A stretch of DNA of 64,000 nt from Candidatus Poribacteria bacterium (GCA_965215015.1 OZ244042.1:2528001-2592000), one strand, 5' to 3'. Numbered from the stretch's first letter, positions 18,325-28,824 are shown. Notes: generated by a model not told the origin, from the sequence alone. Translations and numbers: made by a program.

Positions 18325-19185
18325 ATGATATATGGTTCAGGTAGCCACACCTATGAAGTGCAAAAAGATTGGGGACAACTCCCCGAAGGTTGGAAATTTG
18401 GTTGGATCCCCGCAGTCGCGGTGGATTCACAAGACAGGATTTATGTGTACAGCCGAAGCGAACGTCCGATGGTTGTGTTCGATCGCGAAGGTAACTTCCT
18501 TGCATCGTGGGGGGAGGACATCCTCAAGGATTCACACGGCATTTTTATCGATGCCGAGGATCACATCTATTGTGTTGAGCGAGAGGTGCATGTTATGCAC
18601 AAATTTACCTCTGCCGGAGAGCTCCTGATGACGTTGGGGACCCCCGATCAGCCCGGTGCAGAGGGTGAACCTTTCAATTTGCCGACAGACCTCGCGCTCG
18701 GTCCTGACGGCGAGATGTTCATCAGTGATGGATACGGCAATGCACGGATCCACAAATACTCCCCAGATGGTGAGTACATTATGTCTTGGGGAGCACCGGG
18801 AACAGGTCGGGGCGAATTCGATCTACCACACTGTGTCCGGGTAGACCGTCACAACCGTGTACTGGTCGCAGACCGAGCGAACAATCGCATCCAGTTTTTC
18901 ACGCTTGATGGCGAATATATCGACGAGTGGGGCGGATTCCTACATCCAGATACCATCTTTATTGATGACAACGATATTGTTTATGTCGCGGAGTTAGATC
19001 AGCGTGTCACGATTCTGACGCTTGATGGCGAGATTATTACCCAATGGGGCAGCGAGCGCGGCAGCACTGTGCCCGGCGAGTTCTTCGCCTGTCCACACGG
19101 TATCTGGGCGGATTCGCGGGGCGATCTCTATGTCAGCGAAGTGCAGGCGGATGGACGCTTACAGAAGTTTGTCCGACAAAAGTAA
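18325..19185 (+). CDS. NHL-repeat protein, peptidyl-alpha-hydroxyglycine alpha-amidating lyase (PAL)-like
   Basis: FNLPTD, SDGYGNARIHK, FDLPH, ADRANNRIQ, CPHG. Confidence 0.9.
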   Translation: MIYGSGSHTYEVQKDWGQLPEGWKFGWIPAVAVDSQDRIYVYSRSERPMVVFDREGNFLASWGEDILKDSHGIFIDAEDHIYCVEREVHVMHKFTSAGELLMTLGTPDQPGAEGEPFNLPTDLALGPDGEMFISDGYGNARIHKYSPDGEYIMSWGAPGTGRGEFDLPHCVRVDRHNRVLVADRANNRIQFFTLDGEYIDEWGGFLHPDTIFIDDNDIVYVAELDQRVTILTLDGEIITQWGSERGSTVPGEFFACPHGIWADSRGDLYVSEVQADGRLQKFVRQK

Positions 19186-19233
19186 CCTGATTTTAGCGCG
19201 TCGTAGGGTAGTTTATACTAAGGAGTCGAGCAA

Positions 19234-20046
19234 ATGTTGGATATGCAAGGTGCCGGGCGTCGTGTGCTCGTCACTGGAGGTGCTAGTGGTTTCGGCTTGG
19301 CTATTGCCCGGACGCTGCTCGCCCAGCGGGCACACGTAGCAATCGGCGATATTGATTCCGAGCAGTTGCAAGAAGCCACCCGAAGCTTGGATAAGGGCGA
19401 CGATGTACTGCCCTTAGTGCTCGACGTCACCTCACCCGTTTCAGTACAGTCGGCGGTAGAAGCTTGTCAAGAAACCTTTGGCGGACTGGATACGCTAATC
19501 AATTCAGCGGGCGTCATCCACTTTGCACCCCTCGCGGAAATTCGTGAGACGGATTGGGACCGCGTGGTAGACATAGATCTGAAGGGGCCGTTTTTGTGTA
19601 GCCAAGCGGCAGCACCGTTGCTGTGCAAAAGCGGACAGCGTGGACGTATCGTCAACATCGGTTCCGATGCGGCAAAGATTGGCTGTCCAATGATTCTCTC
19701 GTACTGTGCAGCCAAGTTTGGCGTCGTCGGCTTGACCAAGGCATTGGCTGCCGAGTTGGCATCTTACGGGGTAACTGTCAACTGTGTTTGTCCGGTGGGT
19801 GTTTCGACAACCGGTATGGGACAAACAGTTCTCGACTGGAAAATTAGCACGACAGGTCAGAAAACCAATGAAATTCTCGCAGAAACCGCGGCGGGCATTC
19901 CACTCAAGCGCAATGCCACCGTGGCGGATGTGGTCAATGCTGTGATGTTCTTTCTGTCCGATGAGTCAGCCTTTTTAACAGGTATTGCACTTGATGTTGA
20001 TGGCGGGTTGCTCAGTACTATGCCGATACCGGGGACTCAAGAATAA
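19234..20046 (+). CDS. SDR family oxidoreductase
   Basis: TGGASGFG, INSAG, YCAAK catalytic motif, DGG. Confidence 0.93.
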   Translation: MLDMQGAGRRVLVTGGASGFGLAIARTLLAQRAHVAIGDIDSEQLQEATRSLDKGDDVLPLVLDVTSPVSVQSAVEACQETFGGLDTLINSAGVIHFAPLAEIRETDWDRVVDIDLKGPFLCSQAAAPLLCKSGQRGRIVNIGSDAAKIGCPMILSYCAAKFGVVGLTKALAAELASYGVTVNCVCPVGVSTTGMGQTVLDWKISTTGQKTNEILAETAAGIPLKRNATVADVVNAVMFFLSDESAFLTGIALDVDGGLLSTMPIPGTQE

Positions 20047-20068
20047 CCCTCTCAAAGGAGGAATGTCA

Positions 20069-20380
20069 ATGCAGCGGTCGCTTTTGTTATGCGTGTGAAG
20101 GAAGGGCAGCAAGAGAGCAGTTTGGCAAGAAGTGCTGATAGACCTACAACAGGCAGGCGTTCATGAAATGAGCATCTTCATGTTTGGCTTACAACTTTTC
20201 CTTTACATGGAGGTGGAGGATTACGCGGAAGCCGCTCGTATTCTGGCAGATAGAGACGATTCTGTACGTTGGAAAGAATACATGGCACCGATCATGGAAA
20301 GTGCGCCCGGCGAAATTTACGATCCAGCTAAGGCTTATCCGGAAGGTTTACCTGAAGTGTTTTATTGGCAAGCCGATTGA
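20069..20380 (+). pseudogene. L-rhamnose mutarotase-like pseudogene
   Basis: Strong RBS+ATG; VAFVMRVKEGQQE lies in a shifted frame; EYxxRH segment missing; VWQEVL..LQQAGVHEMSIF...LPEVFY retained. Confidence 0.75.
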
Positions 20381-20420
20381 GCCGCAATGAGTAATTCGGT
20401 TTGGCACAGCGAACATAATC

Positions 20421-20534
20421 GGCTCATGTCAAAAGGAAGTGCAAAGCACGAATAGAACCCGAGTTTTCCCCGGCCTCGGGATCCTCTCGGACTTGAAAAC
20501 CTGGTTTCTATTGCACCATTTCTTAATATGAGCA
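20421..20534. mobile_element. ~114-bp MITE-like element
   Basis: TIRs GGCTCATGTCAAAAGGAAGTGCAA / TTGCACCATTTCTTAATATGAGC; inner stem ATAGAACCCGAGTTTTC/GAAAACCTGGTTTCTAT. Confidence 0.6.
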
Positions 20535-20545
20535 ACATGATTTAT

Positions 20546-21884
20546 TTCATTTACCCCCATTTTTTTTTGGTTATAGATTTGAGATATTTTTATGATTTAG
20601 GATAGTGAGAATACCTGTCATTAAGGGTGTTTGCATGTATCTCCCCTGCACAGTGGGAGTGTGAACCATGGATTGAGACACCACCCGCTCCACGCCTCAG
20701 CCACCACTCGCTTTATCACGGTAATGAGTGAGTATATTTTAGTCCGTGTGTTGAATGTTTTTGCCCATCGATCGCCTGACTTTTGATAGGTGATAAACAG
20801 TAAGCCATAACTGATACAAGCTAAGAGCCATAACAGGTTGATGCGGGCTTTTGACGGTTTTTTGAGTCTCAAGCTGCCAAAGCCAAAACCGGTCTTGATG
20901 TCCCGAAAGCCGTGTTCAATCTGCATTCTTCGCTTATAATAGTGGTATATTTGACGCCCCGTCAGATGACTTGAAATCAGATACATCGGTTCAGCCAACC
21001 GCGCCTCTCTGACGACATACAGGTTGAGTCGAATCGGCTCGGTTAAGTGATAGAGAATCTGTGGATAGAACCCCGTTTCCTGCAACTGTTCTGCCTTTTT
21101 AACAGTGCCCCAGACGGTCATGCGCGCGTTACGACACACGCGGATGATAAACGGAATCCGTTGTGTCTTGAGAAACTTTATCACATATTTAGCACGCGCG
21201 AAGCCTCTATCGAATATCAACGTGGCTTCACACGGGGGCGGTAAAATCGCTTCTGTCTTTTGATACAGTGTGAGACAAAAGCGTTGGATAATCTCATTAT
21301 GGCTGGTATAGGTCAACTGTTGAATCTCAGCATCGGTGTAGAGGTGCCAGTAGATAGGAACCGCCCGGCGGCGGAACGGCACCGCGGCAACAATCGCTTT
21401 GAAATGGCCAAACACCTGGGTTTCATCCACTAAAATCAACCGGCGTCCGGCGTGACGTTCACAGACCCGGCGGAGCACAAAGCCCAACCAGCACCCCATC
21501 ACCGCGTCAATAGGAAAGCGACGAGCTAAGAATCGAAGCAGGCGTTTCTGTTTCGTCTTTTGATGTTTGACGGCTACTGGCAAGCGTAAAGCAATTTCGT
21601 TTATCCGAAACTTCTGGGCCAACACAATGGCTAGGATCGTGAGTATCAGGTTTTTTAACGCCGGTTTTTTCAATACGGGGTTGAAAATCTCGGTCAGAGT
21701 GGTTATCATAGAACTGGGATTCACCCGCTTATGGCGGTGGGTGCCTTTCATAATACCTCCTTGTTTAAAACAATGGTTATTTTATACAGGGAGGTATTTT
21801 ACCATATTTGATAACCCTTTCTCACATCTAGACCTCGCAAAAACAACCAACATTACAACTCTAAAAAAAATGGGGGTAAGTGAG
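20546..21884 (-). mobile_element. IS4-family insertion sequence
   Basis: TIRs TCATTTACCCCCATTTTTTTT / AAAAAAAATGGGGGTAAGTGA around one transposase; no clear TSD. Confidence 0.85.
20621..21751 (-). CDS. IS4-family DDE transposase
   Basis: LVDET, FDRGF, YKRRMQIEHGFRDIK (YREK motif). Confidence 0.92.
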   Translation of the reverse strand: MKGTHRHKRVNPSSMITTLTEIFNPVLKKPALKNLILTILAIVLAQKFRINEIALRLPVAVKHQKTKQKRLLRFLARRFPIDAVMGCWLGFVLRRVCERHAGRRLILVDETQVFGHFKAIVAAVPFRRRAVPIYWHLYTDAEIQQLTYTSHNEIIQRFCLTLYQKTEAILPPPCEATLIFDRGFARAKYVIKFLKTQRIPFIIRVCRNARMTVWGTVKKAEQLQETGFYPQILYHLTEPIRLNLYVVREARLAEPMYLISSHLTGRQIYHYYKRRMQIEHGFRDIKTGFGFGSLRLKKPSKARINLLWLLACISYGLLFITYQKSGDRWAKTFNTRTKIYSLITVIKRVVAEAWSGWCLNPWFTLPLCRGDTCKHP

Positions 21885-21947
21885 AATAATGATGTGACGT
21901 GGTTTGAGTAAAGAATTAAATTTGTTGCTTGACATGAGCATAAGCAC

Positions 21948-21976
21948 TTGATCTCTGCATTCTTTTTTGTTATAAT
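21948..21976 (+). promoter_or_regulatory. Sigma70-type promoter for sulfite reductase gene
   Basis: TTGATC-17-TATAAT with TG extension. Confidence 0.6.
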
Positions 21977-22197
21977 ATGATTCTATGAATTTGATCGGAA
22001 AAGGCGCAGAAACCAATTTTTACGACTAAGAGGCAAGACTAGGAAAAATTCGCCCCATTGGACCATAATAATTCGGACGATAACAACTTACCGAAGTATC
22101 AGCATTCAGAACAACGTAATAGATTAGAATATCAAACTCCATCAGCGATAGCGTTGTTCATACGAACCCTTCAACCCCAATTCGGAAGGAGTCAATA

Positions 22198-24636
22198 ATG
22201 GCGACAGAAAATTTAGTACCTTTTAACGCGGAGGCAATAGATCCAGATGATGCCCGTGCAATTGAAATTTATGAGATGCAGCTGGATCGTGTCCAAGCGG
22301 GTCAGATGCCGGAGGAGATTTTCCTCGAATTTAGACTGCGTCACGGTGTTTACGGGCAGCGCGATGAAGGTTCACAAATGATTCGCGTAAAGATTCCATT
22401 CGGCGGTCTAAACGCGGCACAACTGGAAATGTTGGCTGATGTTGCCGAAGAATTTTCGGATAATATCATTCATATCACGACTCGCCAAGATGTGCAGTAT
22501 CACTATGTGGATATTAACAATACGCCGGAGTTAATGCGTCGGTTGGCGTCAGTTGACATAACAACCAAGGAAGCGTGTGGTAATGTGGTTCGGAATGTCA
22601 CCGCTTGCCCGCTTTCTGGCGTGTGTAACGATGAACCGTTTGATGTAACGTCTCACTCCAAGGCACTGTCCGCCTTCCTGTTGGGTCATCAGGATGCACA
22701 AGATTTCGGACGTAAGTTCAAGATCGCGTTTTCCGGCTGCCATGAACATGCTTGCGGCTTAGGATACATGCACGATATCGGTGCAGTTGCGGTGATTAAA
22801 GAGATTGACGGCAAACCGAAGCGTGGATTTAAGTTGCTCGTCGGTGGTGGGCTTGGTGCTGTGCCACATCAGGCAAAAGTTTTTGATGAGTTTGTGCCTG
22901 AGGAGGAATTGTTGCCAATTTCACAGGCGATCTCGAAGGTATTCACCCGTCTCGGGGAACGTAAAAATCGCAATAAGGCGCGGATGAAGTTTGTCGTGGC
23001 AAAACTTGGTATTGAAGAATTTCGTCGCCTTGTGTTGGAAGAGCGTGAACAGTTACGCCATGACCCCGCGTGGACAGCTCATCTCGGCAATCTTGATGTG
23101 TATGACGAAACACCACTGAAGCCACCGACGCAGCTCAATGGCGCGTCAAAACCGGAAGGGTTTGATCCGTGGCATGCCTCAAACGTGCGTCCACAACGAC
23201 AGCCGGGATACGCAGTCGTCAATATCACGTTGCCGCTCGGAGACATCACCGCGGATCAAGCCCGGGCGTTGGCAGATATTTCGCGCAATTATGTGAAGGA
23301 CACCATTCGCACGACCGTTGAGCAGAATCTCGTTTTGCGTTGGGTCAGCATGAGCGATCTACCTGCGCTTTACCAGGAGCTCAAAGAAATAGGCTTGGGC
23401 GCATCGGGTGCTGAGAGTACTGTTGATATTACAGCATGTCCCGGCACCGATTCCTGCAAACTGGGTATCTCATCTTCTCGTGGGTTAGCTGCTTACTTGA
23501 GGAATTACTTCATCGAGACCGGTGTGAAGGAGGAGATTCAAGATCTGCGAATCAAGATCAGCGGTTGCCCCAATTCATGCGGTCAGCACCACATCGCAAA
23601 TATCGGGTTCTTTGGCTCATCACGACGTATGGGTAAACATATCGCCCCATATTATCAAGTCATGTTGGGGGGGCACGCTACCGAGAATGCGGGGGCTTAT
23701 GGACTTGCCGCCGGAAAGATTCACGGCAAGAACATCCCACAATTCATCGAGCACTTGACCGGACGATACCTTGAGGAACGGCAAGAGGACGAACCATTCA
23801 CCGATTATATTGCGAGACTTGGCAAGGTTAAGATTAAGGCAATCCTCCGCGAGTATGATAAGATCCCTACCTTCGAGGAAGATCCCAGCTACTATATCGA
23901 CACCGGCGACACGAAGGAATTTCAACTCAAGACGGGTGTTGGTGAATGTGCAGGGCAGTTGGTAGAGTTGGTATCGTTCATACTTGAGGAAGCGGATCGG
24001 CTAATCTATGAGTCGGGGGTTGATCTGGAGAATGATGAATATGTGGATTCGGCTCAACACGCTTATGAAGCGATGATCAAAGCCGCGGACGCATTGCTGA
24101 CGACCGAAGGGCTGCAACACATTGACGACGAGACGACGGTTCGAGAGTTCCGAAGTCGGTTCTTTGAGCCGGGCATTGTTTTCCCCGGTTTTGGAGCGCA
24201 TCTGTTCAAGGCGGTCGAGGAGGATTCCAGTACCTTTGATAGGGAGCTAACGCACCGCCGCGTCGAGGAAGCGACTCTCTTTGTTGAGGAAGCACATAAC
24301 GTCTACGGGCGGATGCGGATTCGACAGGAGGAGGAATCGAGCACTAAGAAGCGCGAAGCTAGACCGGCACGTATCCCCAAGGCACCGCCGAAAGCAGAGA
24401 AGGTCGAGGAGATTGTTGACAGTCTTGACCTCAAGGGTGTGGCGTGTCCGTTCAACTACGTGCAAGCCAAAATTCGCTTGGAGACGATGAATGTCGGTCA
24501 GCTGCTGGAAATCACGATTGACGATGGCGAACCGATTGAAAATGTCCCTAAGAGCCTCACGAATGATGGGCATAAGATTACTGATACCAAGAAGATTGGT
24601 CAGCACTATCGACTCGTGATTCGTAAAGGTGAATAA
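22198..24636 (+). CDS. Siroheme/4Fe-4S sulfite (or nitrite) reductase fused to a helical domain and C-terminal TusA domain
   Basis: GVYGQR, HITTRQ, RKFKIAFSGC, ACPGTDSC...ISGCPNSCGQH; C-terminal LDLKGVACPFNY. Confidence 0.9.
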   Translation: MATENLVPFNAEAIDPDDARAIEIYEMQLDRVQAGQMPEEIFLEFRLRHGVYGQRDEGSQMIRVKIPFGGLNAAQLEMLADVAEEFSDNIIHITTRQDVQYHYVDINNTPELMRRLASVDITTKEACGNVVRNVTACPLSGVCNDEPFDVTSHSKALSAFLLGHQDAQDFGRKFKIAFSGCHEHACGLGYMHDIGAVAVIKEIDGKPKRGFKLLVGGGLGAVPHQAKVFDEFVPEEELLPISQAISKVFTRLGERKNRNKARMKFVVAKLGIEEFRRLVLEEREQLRHDPAWTAHLGNLDVYDETPLKPPTQLNGASKPEGFDPWHASNVRPQRQPGYAVVNITLPLGDITADQARALADISRNYVKDTIRTTVEQNLVLRWVSMSDLPALYQELKEIGLGASGAESTVDITACPGTDSCKLGISSSRGLAAYLRNYFIETGVKEEIQDLRIKISGCPNSCGQHHIANIGFFGSSRRMGKHIAPYYQVMLGGHATENAGAYGLAAGKIHGKNIPQFIEHLTGRYLEERQEDEPFTDYIARLGKVKIKAILREYDKIPTFEEDPSYYIDTGDTKEFQLKTGVGECAGQLVELVSFILEEADRLIYESGVDLENDEYVDSAQHAYEAMIKAADALLTTEGLQHIDDETTVREFRSRFFEPGIVFPGFGAHLFKAVEEDSSTFDRELTHRRVEEATLFVEEAHNVYGRMRIRQEEESSTKKREARPARIPKAPPKAEKVEEIVDSLDLKGVACPFNYVQAKIRLETMNVGQLLEITIDDGEPIENVPKSLTNDGHKITDTKKIGQHYRLVIRKGE

Positions 24637-24656
24637 CGGATAAGGTGTTGTCAAAG

Positions 24657-24701
24657 TAAAGCGTGATGGACTGAAGCGGGGTTCGTCACGCTTTATTTTT
24701 T
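24657..24701 (+). terminator. Intrinsic terminator
   Basis: TAAAGCGTGATGGACT/GGTTCGTCACGCTTTA plus T-run. Confidence 0.75.
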
Positions 24702-24852
24702 GGGATGTTTGATGGCTAAGATTGAGATGCTTTTTGACATGAAGAAAGCAATAGGTGTCGAAAGACTGAAATGATCCCAGAATCGTTCTATTGACTGTCC
24801 TCTAGCAGTCCTCACCGTAACATCACTTTCCTGTTTGAAAAGGTATTTAACC

Positions 24853-25671
24853 ATGAATCAGAAATTTAAGATAAATTCAAAACTGAAAAAGTGGCTCAAG
24901 TGGATGGAGATTATTCAAGACGACATACAAATGCTTCTACGGGATACTAACATGTTCTGGGAAGTCCAAGACATCATCCGTGAGAATCCGGGTATCCAAA
25001 GGCCGAGTGCTTTCTATCGCTATCTTGGAAGGACTTATTTGTCTCATGCGCTAGTAGGGCTACGTCGGCAAATCAAACCGCAGAAGGACAGTATATCTTT
25101 TGTGGGATTGCTTGATGATATTGCTAAAAACCCTGAAGAGCTGTCTCGGAACTATTACCGTTCTCTCTATTCTCACCCTGATGGTCCCGACATCAACCAA
25201 ATCGAGATCGAGGGTAGGGAGGAACTTGAAGATATAGGGATTACCGGCAATTCTCAACTGAAAGAGTTGATACAGATGGATGACTTCGCACCATACGCAG
25301 ATGCCAGCGGAGAGCATGTGTGCCCCGATATGGTGAAAGACGATATAGATAAACTCAAGAAGACTGCAACAGCATGTGAGGATTTTGCTGATAAACGCAT
25401 TGCCCATCGGGATAAGAAAGAGCCGGAAGATGTCCCAAAGTTCAATGAATTGGATGATTGCATTAAATTGCTCGACAAGACGTATGTGAAATATCATCTC
25501 CTGTTTTACGCTGAATCAATAGATACGTTGATGCCAACCTATCAATATGAGTGGAAGGCTATTTTTTTGGAACCATGGTTAAAGACTGGTTTTGGAAGTG
25601 CCGAAGGACTTATTCACATCGGTGAAGATTTTGATGACGAACTCCCCGATTTTAAGGACTATATGGAATGA
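24853..25671 (+). CDS. AbiU2-like HEPN domain protein with antitoxin-like C-terminal tail
   Basis: Helical protein with DSISF and DKRIAH; tail GFGSAEGLIHIGEDFDDELPDFKDYME. Confidence 0.7.
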   Translation: MNQKFKINSKLKKWLKWMEIIQDDIQMLLRDTNMFWEVQDIIRENPGIQRPSAFYRYLGRTYLSHALVGLRRQIKPQKDSISFVGLLDDIAKNPEELSRNYYRSLYSHPDGPDINQIEIEGREELEDIGITGNSQLKELIQMDDFAPYADASGEHVCPDMVKDDIDKLKKTATACEDFADKRIAHRDKKEPEDVPKFNELDDCIKLLDKTYVKYHLLFYAESIDTLMPTYQYEWKAIFLEPWLKTGFGSAEGLIHIGEDFDDELPDFKDYME

Positions 25672-26054
25672 AATATCTGCTGGATACATGTACGCTACTT
25701 TGGTTTCTTGCTGGCGACGCAAAACTCAGCCGCAAAGCACGACAGTTGATTGATGATTCAAGTAATGAGAAATTCCTCAGCATCGTCAGTCTATGGGAGA
25801 TAGCAATTAAGGTAGGGTTAGGGAAAATTGATTTAGACAAACCGTTCGAGCAGATATTTCCAGAGAGACTGGATTTCAATCATATTTGGATATTGGATAT
25901 CACAGTTAATAGCCTCGCAAAGTTGACTACGTTACCCTTGCATCACCGAGATCCGTTTGACCGTTTGATAATTGCTCAAGGGCTTACCGAAGGATTTCCA
26001 ATAATTAGCGTAGATGAAACCTTTGATGCTTACGGTGTAAGCAGAGAATGGTAA
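25668..26054 (+). CDS. vapC: PIN domain toxin (VapC family)
   Basis: LLDTCTLLW, SLWEIAIK, HRDPFDRLIIAQ, SVD; ATGA overlap with upstream gene. Confidence 0.93.
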   Translation: MKYLLDTCTLLWFLAGDAKLSRKARQLIDDSSNEKFLSIVSLWEIAIKVGLGKIDLDKPFEQIFPERLDFNHIWILDITVNSLAKLTTLPLHHRDPFDRLIIAQGLTEGFPIISVDETFDAYGVSREW

Positions 26055-26214
26055 TGATAGGACAAATACGGAACCAATGTTGGATTTCAAGTACAAAGGT
26101 TAGTAAAGAGAGTAAGTGGTTGAAATTACAACTTTCAGCACCCCCCCCCTACTCTTCTTAGAAACCGACAGCTAAGTTTTTTTGGGGGGATTGAAAGGAG
26201 AAACTTATTAAGCA

Positions 26215-27268
26215 ATGACACTTAATGAACACCTTGATGACATACACCACGATTTAACAAGAGGGGTATTTGCAAATGAGGCATCAGTTTCTCAGGGAAT
26301 CATACTTAGGTTACTCGGTGCACTGGGTTGGCCAAAGTATGATACGCAGGTTATCGTTCCTGAATATTCAGTTGAGGGTAGAAGGGTAGATTATGCTCTG
26401 TGCCACCCGCTGTCAAAGCCTCTAGTTTTCATTGAAGTCAAACAGGTTGGCCAAATTGAAGGGGCAGAGAGACAATTATTTGAATACGCTTTTCACACAG
26501 GGGTTCCAATCGCTGTCCTCACTGATGGTCGGGAATGGCACTTTTTTCAACCGGGTGGCCAAGGAGATTACGGAGAACGTCGGGTATGTAAACTGGATCT
26601 GATCGAAACAGACAATGAGGAGATTTTGAAACGTCTTAACCGATACTTGAAATACGAGTCGATACGCACCGGTGAAGCCATTACGGCAATCGAAAACGAC
26701 TATCGGAATATCTCCAAGCAGAGACAGATTGAGAGCAGTTTGCCAGAGGCATGGACTGAATTGGTGGAGGAGGCAGATGAACTTTTGATAGATGGAGTAG
26801 CGGAGAGAACGGAAAGTCTGTGTGGGCATAAACCAACTAGCGAGCAAGTGTTAGCTTTCCTGAAAAGTCTAAATGGGGATAGATCAACCCAGGGAGCCCC
26901 TTCTCCACCAACAGACTCCGGGGATAGGCCCCCCCTCGAGAAAAACCCCTTCTCCACCAACAAACCCCTCGGGTAGAAAGCTACCGACAAACCTTATCGT
27001 AACTATGCCTAATGGAGAAGAGATTGCTCATAATAGCGCAAAGAAAACCTTTGTTGAGGTAATTGAAAGGCTAGGAATAGAGAGGGTGAGAAGTGTTTAT
27101 CCTGATCTCTTCTCTACCTCATCAATTAAATATGGATATCAGGTTGGTCAGTATTATACAAAAGAGAGAGACACAGTGAACAAGAAGCGAATCCTTGAAC
27201 ATATTGCCGCCCGGCTTGGTGTAGGGTTGGAAATAGAGATACGCCTCAAAGGCGCCTCAAAGGATTGA
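26215..27268 (+). pseudogene. HsdR_N-type PD-(D/E)xK nuclease, copy 1, +1 frameshift at a C7 run
   Basis: Near-identical to 27775-28824; stops at 26976; C-terminal domain continues in the 26873-27268 frame. Confidence 0.85.
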
Positions 27269-27541
27269 ATTAATCAATCGAGGGTTGCAAGAATATCAAT
27301 AACAGACATGGAGGCACACCGACCCATTGTTACAATCAGCAGCGACGCCTGTGATTTTATTGATGTTCTTAAGTTTTCAGCAGCCTCTGTTCTTAAGAGT
27401 TCTTCGATAAACTGGTTTTACGAAGAACTACACTTGTTCGTTAAGTTTTTAGTAAAGGAGCGAAACTGATTTCGTCTCCTTATGTCCGAAATGGGTGTTA
27501 AAATCATTTATAAAAAAAGGAGTTTCTGATTACAGCAAGCT

Positions 27542-27685
27542 ATGGATTTACAACAGATTAACATCAAGGTCTTCGTCAGAGAAGATAGTCATATCAATTA
27601 CGAAAATTTCATCAGGGTTTTCAACCGATACGGAACCAATGTTGGATTTCAAGTACAAAGGTTAGTAAAGAGAGTAAGTGGTTGA
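27542..27685 (+). pseudogene. Truncated duplicate of the first 29 codons of the 29093 gene
   Basis: MDLQQINIKVFVREDSHINYENFIRVFNR then junction-derived sequence to TGA. Confidence 0.85.
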
Positions 27686-27774
27686 CATTACAATTTTCAG
27701 CACCCCCCCTACTCGTCTTAGAAACCGACAGCTGAGTTTTTTTGGGGGGATTGAAAGGAGAAACTTATTAAGCA

Positions 27775-28824
27775 ATGACACTCAATCAACACCTTGATGA
27801 CATACACCACGATTTAACAAGAGGGGTATTTGCAAATGAGGCATCAGTTTCTCAGGGAATCATACTTAGGTTACTCGGTGCACTGGGTTGGCCAAAGTAT
27901 GATACGCAGGTTATCGTTCCTGAATATTCAGTTGAGGGTAGAAGGGTAGATTATGCTCTGTGCCACCCGCCGTCAAAGCCTCTAGTTTTCATTGAAGTCA
28001 AACAGGTTGGCCAAATTGAAGGGGCAGAGAGACAATTATTTGAATACGCTTTTCACACAGGGGTTCCAATCGCTGTCCTCACTGATGGTCGGGAATGGCA
28101 CTTTTTTCAACCGGGTGGCCAAGGAGATTACGGAGAACGTCGGGTATGTAAACTGGATCTGATCGAAACAGACAATGAGGAGATTTTGAAACGTCTTAAC
28201 CGATACTTGAAATACGAGTCGATACGCACCGGTGAAGCCATTACGGCAATCGAAAACGACTATCGGAATATCTCCAAGCAGAGACAGATTGAGAGAAGTT
28301 TGCCAGAGGCATGGACTAAATTGGTGGAGGACGCAGATGAATTTTTGATAGATGTAGTAGCGAAGATAACGGAAAGTCTGTGTGGGCATAAACCAACTAG
28401 CGAGCAAGTATTAGCTTTCCTGAAAAGCCTAAATAGGGATAGACCAACCCAGGGAGCCCCTTCTCCACCAACAGGCTCCGAGGATAGGCCACCCCCGAAA
28501 AAGGATCCTTCTCCACCAACAGACTCCTCGGGTAGAAAGCCATCGACAAACCTTATCGTAACTATGCCCAATAGAGAAAGGATTGCTCATCATAGCGCAA
28601 GGAAAACCTTTACTGAGGTAATTGAAAGGCTAGGAATAGATAGAGTGAGAAGTGTTTATCCTGATCTCTTCTCTACCTCGAAATTACCTTATAGCCATCG
28701 GGTTGGTCAGTATTATATAAAAGATGTGGCAGGCACAAGGACCAGAAAGCGAACCCTTGAACGTATTGCCGCCCGGCTTGGTGTAGAGTTGGAAATAGAG
28801 ATACGCCTCAAAGGATTGAATTAA
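27775..28824 (+). CDS. Stand-alone HsdR N-terminal-type restriction nuclease with Pro-rich linker and C-terminal domain, copy 2
   Basis: VPEY..RVDYAL..FIEVK, QLFEYAF, LTDGREW; PSPPT linker repeats. Confidence 0.85.
   Translation: MTLNQHLDDIHHDLTRGVFANEASVSQGIILRLLGALGWPKYDTQVIVPEYSVEGRRVDYALCHPPSKPLVFIEVKQVGQIEGAERQLFEYAFHTGVPIAVLTDGREWHFFQPGGQGDYGERRVCKLDLIETDNEEILKRLNRYLKYESIRTGEAITAIENDYRNISKQRQIERSLPEAWTKLVEDADEFLIDVVAKITESLCGHKPTSEQVLAFLKSLNRDRPTQGAPSPPTGSEDRPPPKKDPSPPTDSSGRKPSTNLIVTMPNRERIAHHSARKTFTEVIERLGIDRVRSVYPDLFSTSKLPYSHRVGQYYIKDVAGTRTRKRTLERIAARLGVELEIEIRLKGLN

Noticed and set aside
20096-20098. In-frame TGA as second selenocysteine
   Set aside because: The family-like sequence VAFVMRVKEGQQE lies in another frame; the TGA results from a frameshift
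21980-22197. SAM or other riboswitch in the sulfite reductase leader
   Set aside because: No SAM-I core or other aptamer consensus recognised
26980-28824. Diversity-generating retroelement TR/VR pair
   Set aside because: Differences are not adenine-specific and no reverse transcriptase is present
26215-28824. Complete type I R-M system
   Set aside because: Only the HsdR N-terminal nuclease domain; no helicase, HsdM or HsdS
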